DNA from: Cenarchaeum sp.
GTDB taxonomy: Archaea > Thermoproteota > Nitrososphaeria > Nitrososphaerales > Nitrosopumilaceae
Direction of reading: 5' to 3'
Length of the DNA: 64,000 nt
Assembly (NCBI GenBank): GCA_965212015.1
Contig: OZ243037.1
Location: forward strand, 1,700,221 to 1,764,220
Part shown: one piece after another, positions 48,001 through 55,824 of the stretch
Layout of the letters: each line of letters opens with the position of its first letter
How positions within the stretch are numbered: position 1 is the first letter of the stretch
Notes under the pieces: generated by a model
Told to the model about the DNA's origin: nothing
What the model saw: only the letters and a program-made list of their open reading frames with translations
Database searches by the model: none
Translations under genes and position numbers: made by a program

Positions 48001-48508
48001 CGAGATTACGACAAGCATGTCAATAGAGGTTATGGTGGAAATATTGGAGCCAATAGTCATCAACTCTACTAGCACAAACTCTACTGGCACCAATTCAACT
48101 GATACAAACTCGACTGATACGGCCAAGGACAAATCCACCACCGACAAGCCCCAGGATGCAAAACCAAAGACTGCCCAGAAATCAGACGACAAGCCCCAGG
48201 ATGCAAAACCAAAGACTGCCCAGAAATCAGACGACAAGCCCCAGGACACAAAACCAAAGACCACCTCAAAGCCAGACGACGAGCCCAGAAACGACGCAGA
48301 ACCGTCTGCGGATCCAAAACCCAAGGCGGATCCAAAACCCACAGCAGACAAGCCGACAGACCCCAAACCCGCGCCGGTCCAGTCCACAGTTGATCCGGAT
48401 CTGGTGAGATGCGGGCCCGGAACGGAGCTGGTGGGAGGGGTGTGCCAGGCCAGCCAGACATCTGCCGACTTTGATATAGTAGGATGGCTGTTTTCGTGGT
48501 TCCGCTAG
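45008..48508 (+). CDS. S-layer-protein-like surface protein, paralogue 3
   Basis: Same modules including SNFGAKIELDKPTYTWTDRVYIT; tail CGPGTELVGGVCQ..VGWLFSWFR. Confidence 0.85.
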   Translation: MNGGSYLTIVVVGLILALGTIDAHGQQVSVSLDRDVYPVPFLNSEFIPDGTLTMYVTINDPNSVSTNSGDKIARYLADSTQGPLKISVSRESDTVIIATAGGEAPGGSILTVGTEPAGDQYELGPISESNPGEFELSLPVLYTDGPADGRCPTADNSGTRFADADGNAQDGNFCILKGDTITVEYTYSDDAGMQQTASDSATFNLRDAELRIDANTYVIGHDMPLYIDDPDLDLDSKKQDTYDLDLITWASEAGTLTMGNAGGQEHEFRPVPDYFEETGSNTGTFRIILGVPKDLAGVKLDRGEHIVMSHTDTGPSDAAFVGETSSVTTVDLFTSNFGAKIELDKPTYTWTDRVYITINAQDYNFNPDRPDEIGDHDAQVTISTSKGTLERYSLVETGADTGHFAGEVTLTGFTYDVDGHSVLDNQIDRAYGMGPDGGLLPAMPEDGITIAVAVTQDETLVKTWNIRWNVGTVEIFLDGPPEIPRTGTLRVTDPDMNLDPTMEEELEITFHSDSDTDGDDVLLTEISPAAGIFEATVNFVSDSTGRNNLLVAANDTVYATYVDYTLPDSYGTSRDINGTANMADAGSVATPIPDETPETVPDETPGTTDDTPDTNSTSTNTQDPPETRTVDRSNWDIGKVKWTESGYNAETETAIFQVTDPDQNTNPNSPDSFGVNVRSDTDSAGIAIMVTETGVATGIFKGDVSFTLTGRSTDGTLLVSSGDTITGEYEDHTPSAVYMVKDRPSVTKTATINVIDVKEPDPNISIKLDKETYTWTDRVYINITSPDHNTDDRGRDKIGNAENPIRVATRGGHIDLYELEETEINTGVFVGELVLAGFAHDADGDASTGAGGNDVTDSEARGSGSKGGILPADNEDAVSVSFEYVNGKVIANSSAIQWNKGNASWIGLNFTTAGNGTFRVIDPDMNLDPSSADNFDVHVRPAKKSGIDLTVTETGKATGIFEGIVFFTTDSPSDGELEVELGDIVTGTYKDHTLPLPDEITTSMSIEVMVEILEPIVINSTSTNSTGTNSTDTNSTDTAKDKSTTDKPQDAKPKTAQKSDDKPQDAKPKTAQKSDDKPQDTKPKTTSKPDDEPRNDAEPSADPKPKADPKPTADKPTDPKPAPVQSTVDPDLVRCGPGTELVGGVCQASQTSADFDIVGWLFSWFR
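48143..48262 (+). repeat. 45-bp in-frame tandem repeat (DKPQDAKPKTAQKSD), two full copies plus a partial
   Basis: GACAAGCCCCAGGATGCAAAACCAAAGACTGCCCAGAAATCAGAC repeated. Confidence 0.9.
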
Positions 48509-48663
48509 CCCCTACAGTACGGCATGACGCACCGGCAGAATGACCCCGGCTGTAACGGCTCTGTATTACCCGTTTTTTGACGGGGCGATTCGATTCTGAC
48601 GAATCCCCGAAACTCATGCGATAAAATCGCAAAGGTAATAAAACCCCTAGATTGATGGCACCT

Positions 48664-49962
48664 ATGGCAGACAAACCCCACCTGAATATGATCATTACGG
48701 GTCATATTGACAACGGAAAATCCACGACTATGGGCCATTTTCTGATGGATTTGGGGGTGGTAGACGAGAGGACCATTGCAGCACACGCCGAGGAATCCGA
48801 AAAGATAGGCAAGGGAGACAGCTTCAAGTATGCCTGGGTCATGGACAATATCAAGGACGAAAGGGAGCGCGGAATTACAATTGATCTTGCATTTCAAAAA
48901 TTTGAGACGCCAAAGTACTTTTTTACGCTAATTGACGCACCGGGACACCGCGATTTCATCAAAAACATGATAACGGGGGCCTCAGAGGCCGACTGTGCGG
49001 TTCTTGTGCTTTCTGCCAAGGAAGGCGAGACTGACACTGCAATTGCGGCAGGCGGCCAGGCAAGGGAGCACGCATTTCTGCTAAAGACGCTCGGCGTAAG
49101 CCAGATAATCGTGGCAATAAACAAGATGGATGACGGCAACTATTCAGAGGACGCCTACAAAAAGGCAAAGGAAAAGGGAGAGTCCCTGGTAAAATCCGTC
49201 GGCTACAAGCTCGACAATGTGCCGTTTATTCCGGTCTCTGGATGGAAGGGCGACAATCTCGTTAAAAAATCAGAAAACATGCCGTGGTACAAGGGCAAGA
49301 CGCTTTTGGAGGCATTTGACGACTTTACCTTGGCAGACAAGCCGATTGGAAAGCCGCTGCGCGTTCCGATTCAGGACGTATACTCCATAACCGGCGTCGG
49401 CACCGTTCCGGTGGGTCGCGTAGAGACAGGCAAGATGAAGCCTGGTGATAAAATCGTCGTAATGCCATCTGGCGCGGTAGGCGAGATAAAATCCATAGAG
49501 ACGCACCACACAGAGATGCCGTCTGCAGAGGCAGGCGACAATATCGGCTTTAACCTCAGGGGCATTGAGAAAAAGGACATCAAGAGGGGTGATGTGCTCG
49601 GCAGTCCGGACGCACCGCCAAAGGTGGCCAACGAGTTTCAGGCTCAAATCATAGTCATACATCATCCGACAGCCATTGCCCCGGGATACACACCGGTAAT
49701 GCACTGTCACACGGCACAGGTCGCAGCCACGGTCACGGAATTCGTCTCAAAAATCAACCCCGCCTCTGGCGCAGTTGAGGAAGAGAGTCCGAAATTCCTA
49801 AAGGTGGGCGACTCTGCCATTGTCAAAATCAAGCCGGTAAGACCGACTCCGATTGAGACCTTTAAAGAGTTTCCAGAGATGGGCAGGTTTGCACTCAGGG
49901 ACATGGGCGCGACGATAGCCGCGGGAATTGTCAAAGAAATCACCGAAGAACACAAAGCATAA
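48664..49962 (+). CDS. tuf: Translation elongation factor EF-1alpha
   Basis: GHIDNGKST, ERERGITID, DAPGHRDF, NKMD, GRFALRDMG. Confidence 0.98.
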   Translation: MADKPHLNMIITGHIDNGKSTTMGHFLMDLGVVDERTIAAHAEESEKIGKGDSFKYAWVMDNIKDERERGITIDLAFQKFETPKYFFTLIDAPGHRDFIKNMITGASEADCAVLVLSAKEGETDTAIAAGGQAREHAFLLKTLGVSQIIVAINKMDDGNYSEDAYKKAKEKGESLVKSVGYKLDNVPFIPVSGWKGDNLVKKSENMPWYKGKTLLEAFDDFTLADKPIGKPLRVPIQDVYSITGVGTVPVGRVETGKMKPGDKIVVMPSGAVGEIKSIETHHTEMPSAEAGDNIGFNLRGIEKKDIKRGDVLGSPDAPPKVANEFQAQIIVIHHPTAIAPGYTPVMHCHTAQVAATVTEFVSKINPASGAVEEESPKFLKVGDSAIVKIKPVRPTPIETFKEFPEMGRFALRDMGATIAAGIVKEITEEHKA

Positions 49963-49973
49963 GGGAAGAGTAG

Positions 49974-50282
49974 ATGACAAAATCTGCTCGAATCAAACTA
50001 ACAAGCACCAGCCTTCCAAAGCTGGACAATGTCTGCGGCGAGATTATGGGCATCGGCCAAAAGACCGGAGTCAAGGTAAAGGGGCCGACCCCGCTGCCCG
50101 TCAAAAAACTGCACATTGCCACCAGAAAGTCCCCGTGCGGCAGCGGCACTGAGACCTATGAGAAATGGGAGATGAGGATGCACCGGAGGATAATCGACAT
50201 TAACGCAGACGACAAGGCCATAAGGCAGCTCATGCGCCTAAAGATTCCCGACGACGTGTACATTGAGCTCTCGCTCACATAG
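49974..50282 (+). CDS. rps10: 30S ribosomal protein uS10
   Basis: GPTPLP, TRKSPCGSG, WEMRMHRR; follows tuf. Confidence 0.97.
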   Translation: MTKSARIKLTSTSLPKLDNVCGEIMGIGQKTGVKVKGPTPLPVKKLHIATRKSPCGSGTETYEKWEMRMHRRIIDINADDKAIRQLMRLKIPDDVYIELSLT

Positions 50283-50298
50283 GACTTATGCTTAAATT

Positions 50299-50544
50299 AT
50301 GGAAAATACGACGTCCGGCATGGCCGAAGAAGCAGAACCTGTAGAGGCAGAACCAGTAGAGGAGCCAGTCGAAGAACCACTCGAAGAGGAGGAAAAGTTC
50401 GAGGTGGTCTATTCGTGCCTCCGGTGCGGCACCACGGTTAAAAACGTCGAGCTCAGCAGGCTTCCTGAGATAAAGTGCATCTGCGGATTCCGGGTGTTTA
50501 CAAAGGTCAGGCCGCAGGTGGTAAAGACGATTTACGCCGTCTAG
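50299..50544 (+). CDS. rpoP: RNA polymerase subunit Rpo12 (P) with acidic N-terminal extension
   Basis: YSCLRCG...IKCICGFRVFTKVR. Confidence 0.9.
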   Translation: MENTTSGMAEEAEPVEAEPVEEPVEEPLEEEEKFEVVYSCLRCGTTVKNVELSRLPEIKCICGFRVFTKVRPQVVKTIYAV

Positions 50545-50951
50545 CTGAGCTTTGCCTTTTGCTCGTCCCAGCAGTTCCTGCACAGCTCGCCTGTTATCTT
50601 CCATTTCGGCTTTGGCCTGTACCTGATGAATCCCATCTTGCCCCCGCAGAGGCTGCAAAAGCTCTTTCTCTTCTCGAATGACTCTTCCTTTTCGTCAAAG
50701 CACCCCTTGCACAAAAGGCCCTCCAAATCCCACTGCCAGCGCGGCTCCCACAGGTCGGTAATCTTTTTTACGCTTCCGCACTTTATGCACGGCTGCCTTA
50801 TCTTTCCCTCATAGTACTCTTTTGCCTTGTCCACGTGGCAGTCGCCGCAGAGCGGTCCTGCAATGTTCCACTCTTTTTTTGGCTTGTGCTTGTGCTTTAG
50901 CTCCTTTTTGCAGACGGCACAGTAGGACGGCTTGCGATCAAATAACCCCAT
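50541..50951 (-). CDS. Triple zinc-ribbon repeat protein
   Basis: Three CxxC...W...G.LCxxC units. Confidence 0.85.
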   Translation of the reverse strand: MGLFDRKPSYCAVCKKELKHKHKPKKEWNIAGPLCGDCHVDKAKEYYEGKIRQPCIKCGSVKKITDLWEPRWQWDLEGLLCKGCFDEKEESFEKRKSFCSLCGGKMGFIRYRPKPKWKITGELCRNCWDEQKAKLS

Positions 50952-51002
50952 TATTTGGCAGTGTTTGCAGTGATCACAAATATGTTACGCTTCGCGAGGG
51001 GG

Positions 51003-51128
51003 CTATTGCGACTCTAGCAGTCCTTCTAGGGCCTGGCTTGCGTTTAGCATTCCGTGCCTTGCTGCGTATCTCTCTATGATTTTGTACTGTTTGTCGGTAA
51101 AACAGACCGGCATTGAGCGTTTTTCCAT
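51003..51128 (-). CDS. 41-aa ribbon-helix-helix (CopG-like) protein
   Basis: Not in track: MEKRSMPVCFTDKQYKIIERYAARHGMLNASQALEGLLESQ shows a beta-helix-G-helix pattern. Confidence 0.7.
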   Translation of the reverse strand: MEKRSMPVCFTDKQYKIIERYAARHGMLNASQALEGLLESQ

Positions 51129-51261
51129 GGCTTTGGTTTGCGGCTTTATTTAATATCCTTTGCGCTTTCCGGAGATCAGGCCATATTCGGGGAATGTCCG
51201 GACCCGCAGGCGCCATCCCAGGCGGGGAATAATTTAATAATATGCATGATTAAACAATATC

Positions 51262-51549
51262 ATGCAGTTAATCTCATTTGTAGGATACCGACGTCCCGAC
51301 GTAAATACCGCCCTCTCAAAAATCATGAAACAGTCCAAAAAGCACAATGTAGACATACACGGAGAGCCGACTAGCCGCAAACTCGAATCATTAAGTGCCC
51401 ATCCAAAACTATGGGGTTGTGATAAAGACGATCTCATCGTAATGGTTCTCACGGTAGATGGTAAAAAAGAAGACATAAAGGATCTAATTCGGACAGATAC
51501 GCCAATCGGCGTACAAATGGAACTTTTGCCACATGCAGAAGCAGCATGA
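51262..51549 (+). CDS. Divergent uS10-fold-like protein
   Basis: By-eye colinear alignment to uS10 at 49974: ISFVGYRRPDVNTALSKIMKQSKKHNVDIHGEP vs IKLTSTSLPKLDNVCGEIMGIGQKTGVKVKGPT; MVLTVDGKKEDIKDLIRTDTPIGVQMELL vs RIIDINADDKAIRQLMRLKIPDDVYIELS. Confidence 0.65.
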   Translation: MQLISFVGYRRPDVNTALSKIMKQSKKHNVDIHGEPTSRKLESLSAHPKLWGCDKDDLIVMVLTVDGKKEDIKDLIRTDTPIGVQMELLPHAEAA

Positions 51550-52166
51550 AGAATTCAAACACACGATCGCCGTGTGCTCGTATCGGCGATTGCAAAAAAG
51601 AGATTGTTAAAGCTCAAAAATTTGTAAAGAAAATTGAAAGAAAGAGGTACACATCCGCCATTGCACATTTTGATTTACAAGGATCCACCAAAATGATGAT
51701 CAAAAATCCCTATGAAACTATAACTAAAATGTTACTCCATAACAAAATGTGTTGCAATGTAATCGAACAAAACAACGGAACTGTCATAAAAGAGCTTGGC
51801 GATGCAGTGCTGGCTATGTTTAAGACTTCTGGAATGGCATGTTCGTGTGCAATTAAAGTAATTAGAAATCTGAAAAAATATGGGGATGGAATACATACAA
51901 AAGTAACTATTTCATCCGGAACCACATGGAAGATCCAGACACGACAGGATGAAGATGTGTATGGCATTCCGGTAAATCTTTGTGATAGAATGTCAAAACA
52001 TGCCGTGCTGAATTGTGTCTTAATTGAAGATCACTCATATTCCACAATAAAAGAATGGATATTCAATGATAGAAAAATTCAATACAGAAGAATTAAAAAA
52101 AATGATCAAGGCACAGAATTACCAGATTTTGGCAAAATCTTATTAGGCAAAATTATTGTAAACTAG
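51546..52166 (+). CDS. Class III nucleotidyl (adenylate) cyclase, single soluble domain
   Basis: HFDLQGST, VIKELGDAVLAMF, DVYGIPVNLCDRM; ATGA overlap with the upstream gene; AT-rich. Confidence 0.9.
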   Translation: MKNSNTRSPCARIGDCKKEIVKAQKFVKKIERKRYTSAIAHFDLQGSTKMMIKNPYETITKMLLHNKMCCNVIEQNNGTVIKELGDAVLAMFKTSGMACSCAIKVIRNLKKYGDGIHTKVTISSGTTWKIQTRQDEDVYGIPVNLCDRMSKHAVLNCVLIEDHSYSTIKEWIFNDRKIQYRRIKKNDQGTELPDFGKILLGKIIVN

Positions 52167-52421
52167 AGATCAAATAAAAATACAGTTATACTGATCATAC
52201 GAATTTATCCCACATCATAACATAGATCATAAAATCAAACAATTTGACGAAAATCGATTTATTATTAAATTATAGATTAATACAGAGTTAAATTTTTTGA
52301 TTTTAAAGCAGCAATGCCAACATATCTTCGGATAAATCCTACGCCAGAATTGGCACGGTATGCCGGACTAGCCATCTATTGTCAGATAATGATCATTAAT
52401 AAAATTTTATGAATATCTAAC

Positions 52422-52501
52422 GTATGAGGTCACGTCCTACTGCAATTAGGCGTGAATTTCACATCATGACTGTCTTTTAGGCAGGACAGGTGACCTCGTA
52501 C
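52422..52501. mobile_element. 80-bp MITE, copy 2 (inverted relative to copy 1), with 8-bp TSD TATCTAAC
   Basis: TIRs GTATGAGGTCAC / GTGACCTCGTAC; TATCTAAC at 52414-52421 and 52502-52509. Confidence 0.85.
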
Positions 52502-52799
52502 TATCTAACATATAACAGGCATGGATTCAGAAATGCGTGAATCTGCAAACCTAACAGATATCATGACCGGGAGAACGGCCCGTCTCGGGTTCGCAGGCCG
52601 GGGCTTTGCATATTAGAGTCTAATGCACAAAAACCCAGAGAACAGACCGTGCGCAAGATGCCGCCGGAATGGGCAGTACCTTGATCCCGCAGATCAGCCG
52701 TACGGGAGGACTGCAAAAGGGCAGGAATGAAAGCGCCGGCAGCACGTACGTGACAACGTGATAAAACTAATTACACGGATAAAGAAACGCCATACAATC

Positions 52800-54110
52800 A
52801 TGATAAAGACAGAGCTGGGGAGCATGCGCCGAACCCACTATTCGAGCGAGCTAAACCCTGGCATGGACGGGCAGAGTGCGACCGTAATGGGCTGGGTCCT
52901 TGCGGTAAGGGGGCACGGCAACATCTCGTTTCTTACCATACGGGACAAAAAGGGGGAGATACAGCTGGTGGCAAAGGCAGGCGCCTGTCCGGATGAGATT
53001 CGGGAAAAGATCTCACAGCTAAAACCGCACTCTACAATAGGTGTCACCGGCGTGATAAAAACATCCGAAAAGGCCCCCGCAGGATACGAGATGGTTCCCG
53101 CAGAGCTTGCAGTGTTTTCAGACGTGCAAAAGATACCGCCCTTTGAGCCGCAGGCAAAGACGGTAAAGAACATCGACACCCGCCTCGAGGTAAGGCCGAT
53201 TGACCTGAGAAGGCAGGTATTACAGGACATCTTTAATGCACGCAACCAGGTCTTAAAATCAGTCAGAAGATACTTTGAGGAGTGCGAGTTTGTAGAGATT
53301 AACACGCCAAAGATAATTGCCAGTGCCACAGAGGGCGGCGCGGCCCTGTTTCCAATATTCTATTACGACAAGCAGGCGTTTCTGGCCCAGAGCCCGCAGC
53401 TGTACAAGGAGCAGCTGACGCTCGGCTTTGAAAAGGTCTTTGAGATTGCGCCCATATTCAGGGCGGAATCGTCCAGGACAAACAGGCACCTGTCCGAGGC
53501 CATATCCGTCGACATTGAGGAGGCCTTTGTGGATTATAACGATATAATGGACCGGACAGAGAACATCATACGGCGCGCCGCAAAGACCGTGGCCGAGTTT
53601 GCGCAAAACAACCCGGACGTCGAGTTTGCCGTACCCGACATGCCGGAAAAGATTCCGCGCCACACATACGCCGAGCTGGTAAAAAAAATGCAGGATGCCG
53701 GAGCAAAGACGGAATGGGGAGACGACCTGTACCCGTCCAACCTCAAAAAGATAGGGCTGGCGGGGTTTTACTTTGTCACGGACTGGCCGATGGGCCCCAA
53801 GCCGTTTTACGTAAAGACAAGCAGCGACGATCCCAGAATCTCCGAGTCCTTTGATCTCATGTTCGGGGACTTGGAGATATCCTCCGGAAGCACCAGGATA
53901 GAAAAGCGCGCCGAGCTGACAGAAAAGATGAAAAACAAGGGCATGAAGATAAGCGACTTTGGGCACCACCTGGAGGCATTCGAGTACGGCATGCCGCCGC
54001 ACGCAGGATGCGGCATCGGACTTGAGAGGCTGATGATGGCCCTCACCGGGACAGAAAACATACGGGACGTAACGTTTTATCCTAGGGACGTCGACAGGCT
54101 TACACCATAG
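52800..54110 (+). CDS. aspS: Aspartate--tRNA(Asp/Asn) ligase
   Basis: RRTHY, LAQSPQLYK, FRAE, GMPPHAGCGIGLERL, YPRD; adjacent to gatCAB. Confidence 0.96.
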   Translation: MIKTELGSMRRTHYSSELNPGMDGQSATVMGWVLAVRGHGNISFLTIRDKKGEIQLVAKAGACPDEIREKISQLKPHSTIGVTGVIKTSEKAPAGYEMVPAELAVFSDVQKIPPFEPQAKTVKNIDTRLEVRPIDLRRQVLQDIFNARNQVLKSVRRYFEECEFVEINTPKIIASATEGGAALFPIFYYDKQAFLAQSPQLYKEQLTLGFEKVFEIAPIFRAESSRTNRHLSEAISVDIEEAFVDYNDIMDRTENIIRRAAKTVAEFAQNNPDVEFAVPDMPEKIPRHTYAELVKKMQDAGAKTEWGDDLYPSNLKKIGLAGFYFVTDWPMGPKPFYVKTSSDDPRISESFDLMFGDLEISSGSTRIEKRAELTEKMKNKGMKISDFGHHLEAFEYGMPPHAGCGIGLERLMMALTGTENIRDVTFYPRDVDRLTP

Positions 54111-54119
54111 GAGAAAAGA

Positions 54120-54386
54120 TTGGTTACCAAACAAGAGATCCAGCGCGTTGCAAAACTGATGAGAATCGAGCTTGACGATCACACGGTACACATGGAGAGA
54201 ATACAGCAAATGATGGACTATTTTGACATACTGGACAGGGCCGGCGTGCAAGACGAGCCGCTGGACGCAGCAGAGATGGCGATAACCGATCTGCGCGAGG
54301 ACAGGCACGTCCCGTTTGGCGGCAACCTGATAGGACAGCTGAAAAACTACAAGGGAAGGCACGTGCGTGCCCCAAAGATGGTCTGA
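54120..54386 (+). CDS. gatC: Asp/Glu-tRNA amidotransferase subunit C
   Basis: EIQRVAKLMRIEL, LRED, VRAPKM; gene context. Confidence 0.88.
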   Translation: MVTKQEIQRVAKLMRIELDDHTVHMERIQQMMDYFDILDRAGVQDEPLDAAEMAITDLREDRHVPFGGNLIGQLKNYKGRHVRAPKMV

Positions 54387-54387
54387 A

Positions 54388-55824
54388 TTGGCCGCCGGAA
54401 CATCAATCATACAGTACGTCGAGGATGTGCGGGGGGGAAACACCACCTGCGAGGAGTTTATGGCCAAGACCCTCGAGCGCATTGCAAATAAAGACGGCGA
54501 GCTGCACGCGTACCTGTCGCTGAACCCGGATGCCATGGTGCAGGCAAGGGAGGCCGACAAAAAGATCAAGTCCGGCAAGGCAGGCAGGTGCTGCGGGCTG
54601 CCGATTGCAGTCAAGGACAACATTTGCGTAAAGGGGACAAAAACCACGTGCGCCTCGAGGATGCTTGAGGACTTTGTTGCGCCGTACGATGCGACGGCAG
54701 TCTCGCGGCTGCTTGCAGACGGCGCGATAGTCACCGGCAAGACAAACCTGGACGAGTTTGCAATGGGGATTACCACGGAATTCAGCGCGTACGGCCCGAG
54801 CAAAAACCCGTGGAACACAGACTATGTCCCGGGGGGATCATCAGGCGGCAGTGCAGTGGCAGTCAGCAGCATGGAGTGCGTCGCCGCCCTGGGATCCGAC
54901 ACCGGAGGCTCGGTCCGGAATCCTGCCAGCTTTTGCGGGGTGGTCGGCTACAAGCCGACATACGGCCTGGTCAGCAGGTACGGCCTGGTCTCGTACGCCA
55001 ACAGCATAGAGCAGATAGGCCCGATTACAAGGACCGTCGAGGACGCCGCATTCATGCTGGATATAATTACGGGCATTGACGGCAACGACAATACCACCAT
55101 ACGCGGAGGCGATTACCTGTCTGGAATTTCCGCGGGAATCGAGGGAAAAAAGATCGGCATAGTAAGGCAGATGATGGGGGAGGGAACCTCGCCGGAGGTG
55201 CTTGCCGCCACAAAGGACGCCGTATCCAAGCTCGAGGGCCTCGGGGCCGCATGCGAGCAGGTCTCACTTGACACGGTGGACTATTCGGTGGCATCGTACT
55301 ATACCATCACCTCAACTGAGGCCGGAAGCAACCTTGCCAGGTATGACAATATACGGTACGGCTATGACCTTGATGCCGGCGGATACGAGTTCAACTCGTA
55401 CATCTCGCAGGCGCGCAAAAAATTCGGCCCAGAGGTGACCAGAAGGATAATCCTCGGCGGCTTTGTGCCCTCGGCGGGATATTCCGGCAAGTACTATCTC
55501 AAGGCGCTAAAGGTGAAAGACAAGCTTGCCAGGGAGGTGGCAGACGTCTTTACAAGGGTGGACTATTTGATCTCGCCCACCGTTCCGGTCCTTCCGTTCA
55601 GGCTGGGCGAAAAGATTGACGATCCGGTGTCGCTTTTTCTTATCGACTTTAACACTGTAACTGCAAACCTTACGGGCAGGCCGGCAGTATCGGTGCCCTT
55701 TGCAGTCTCCGGCGGGCTGCCCATAGGAATGCAGCTGATGGCCGACTCGATGAAGGATGCAGAGCTGCTGCAGGCGGCGCACGCGCTGCAGGGAACGGTA
55801 AGGCTGCCGGAGGTCCCGCAGTGA
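54388..55824 (+). CDS. gatA: Asp/Glu-tRNA amidotransferase subunit A
   Basis: AVKDN, GKTNLDEFAMG, GGSSGGS, GSDTGGSVR, SNLARYD. Confidence 0.96.
   Translation: MAAGTSIIQYVEDVRGGNTTCEEFMAKTLERIANKDGELHAYLSLNPDAMVQAREADKKIKSGKAGRCCGLPIAVKDNICVKGTKTTCASRMLEDFVAPYDATAVSRLLADGAIVTGKTNLDEFAMGITTEFSAYGPSKNPWNTDYVPGGSSGGSAVAVSSMECVAALGSDTGGSVRNPASFCGVVGYKPTYGLVSRYGLVSYANSIEQIGPITRTVEDAAFMLDIITGIDGNDNTTIRGGDYLSGISAGIEGKKIGIVRQMMGEGTSPEVLAATKDAVSKLEGLGAACEQVSLDTVDYSVASYYTITSTEAGSNLARYDNIRYGYDLDAGGYEFNSYISQARKKFGPEVTRRIILGGFVPSAGYSGKYYLKALKVKDKLAREVADVFTRVDYLISPTVPVLPFRLGEKIDDPVSLFLIDFNTVTANLTGRPAVSVPFAVSGGLPIGMQLMADSMKDAELLQAAHALQGTVRLPEVPQ

Noticed and set aside
40938-48262. Tandem repeats as a CRISPR array
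   Set aside because: They are head-to-tail, in-frame coding repeats without unique spacers, and there are no cas genes.
38226-48508. Diversity-generating retroelement or invertase-driven switching of the surface genes
   Set aside because: No reverse transcriptase or recombinase in the window, and the differences between repeats are not obviously adenine-specific.
50985-51075. Possible tRNA-like sequence
   Set aside because: No cloverleaf or T-loop consensus; explained by the RHH ORF on the minus strand.
51546-52166. Canonical Pycsar system
   Set aside because: The cyclase has adenine-type Lys/Asp specificity residues and there is no adjacent cNMP-binding TIR/TM effector.
53259-54818. 519-aa minus-strand ORF and other long antisense ORFs (e.g. 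6184..6951, 21029..21814, 29520..30419, 42922..43698)
   Set aside because: They lie opposite well-supported genes and carry no motifs; typical shadow ORFs.
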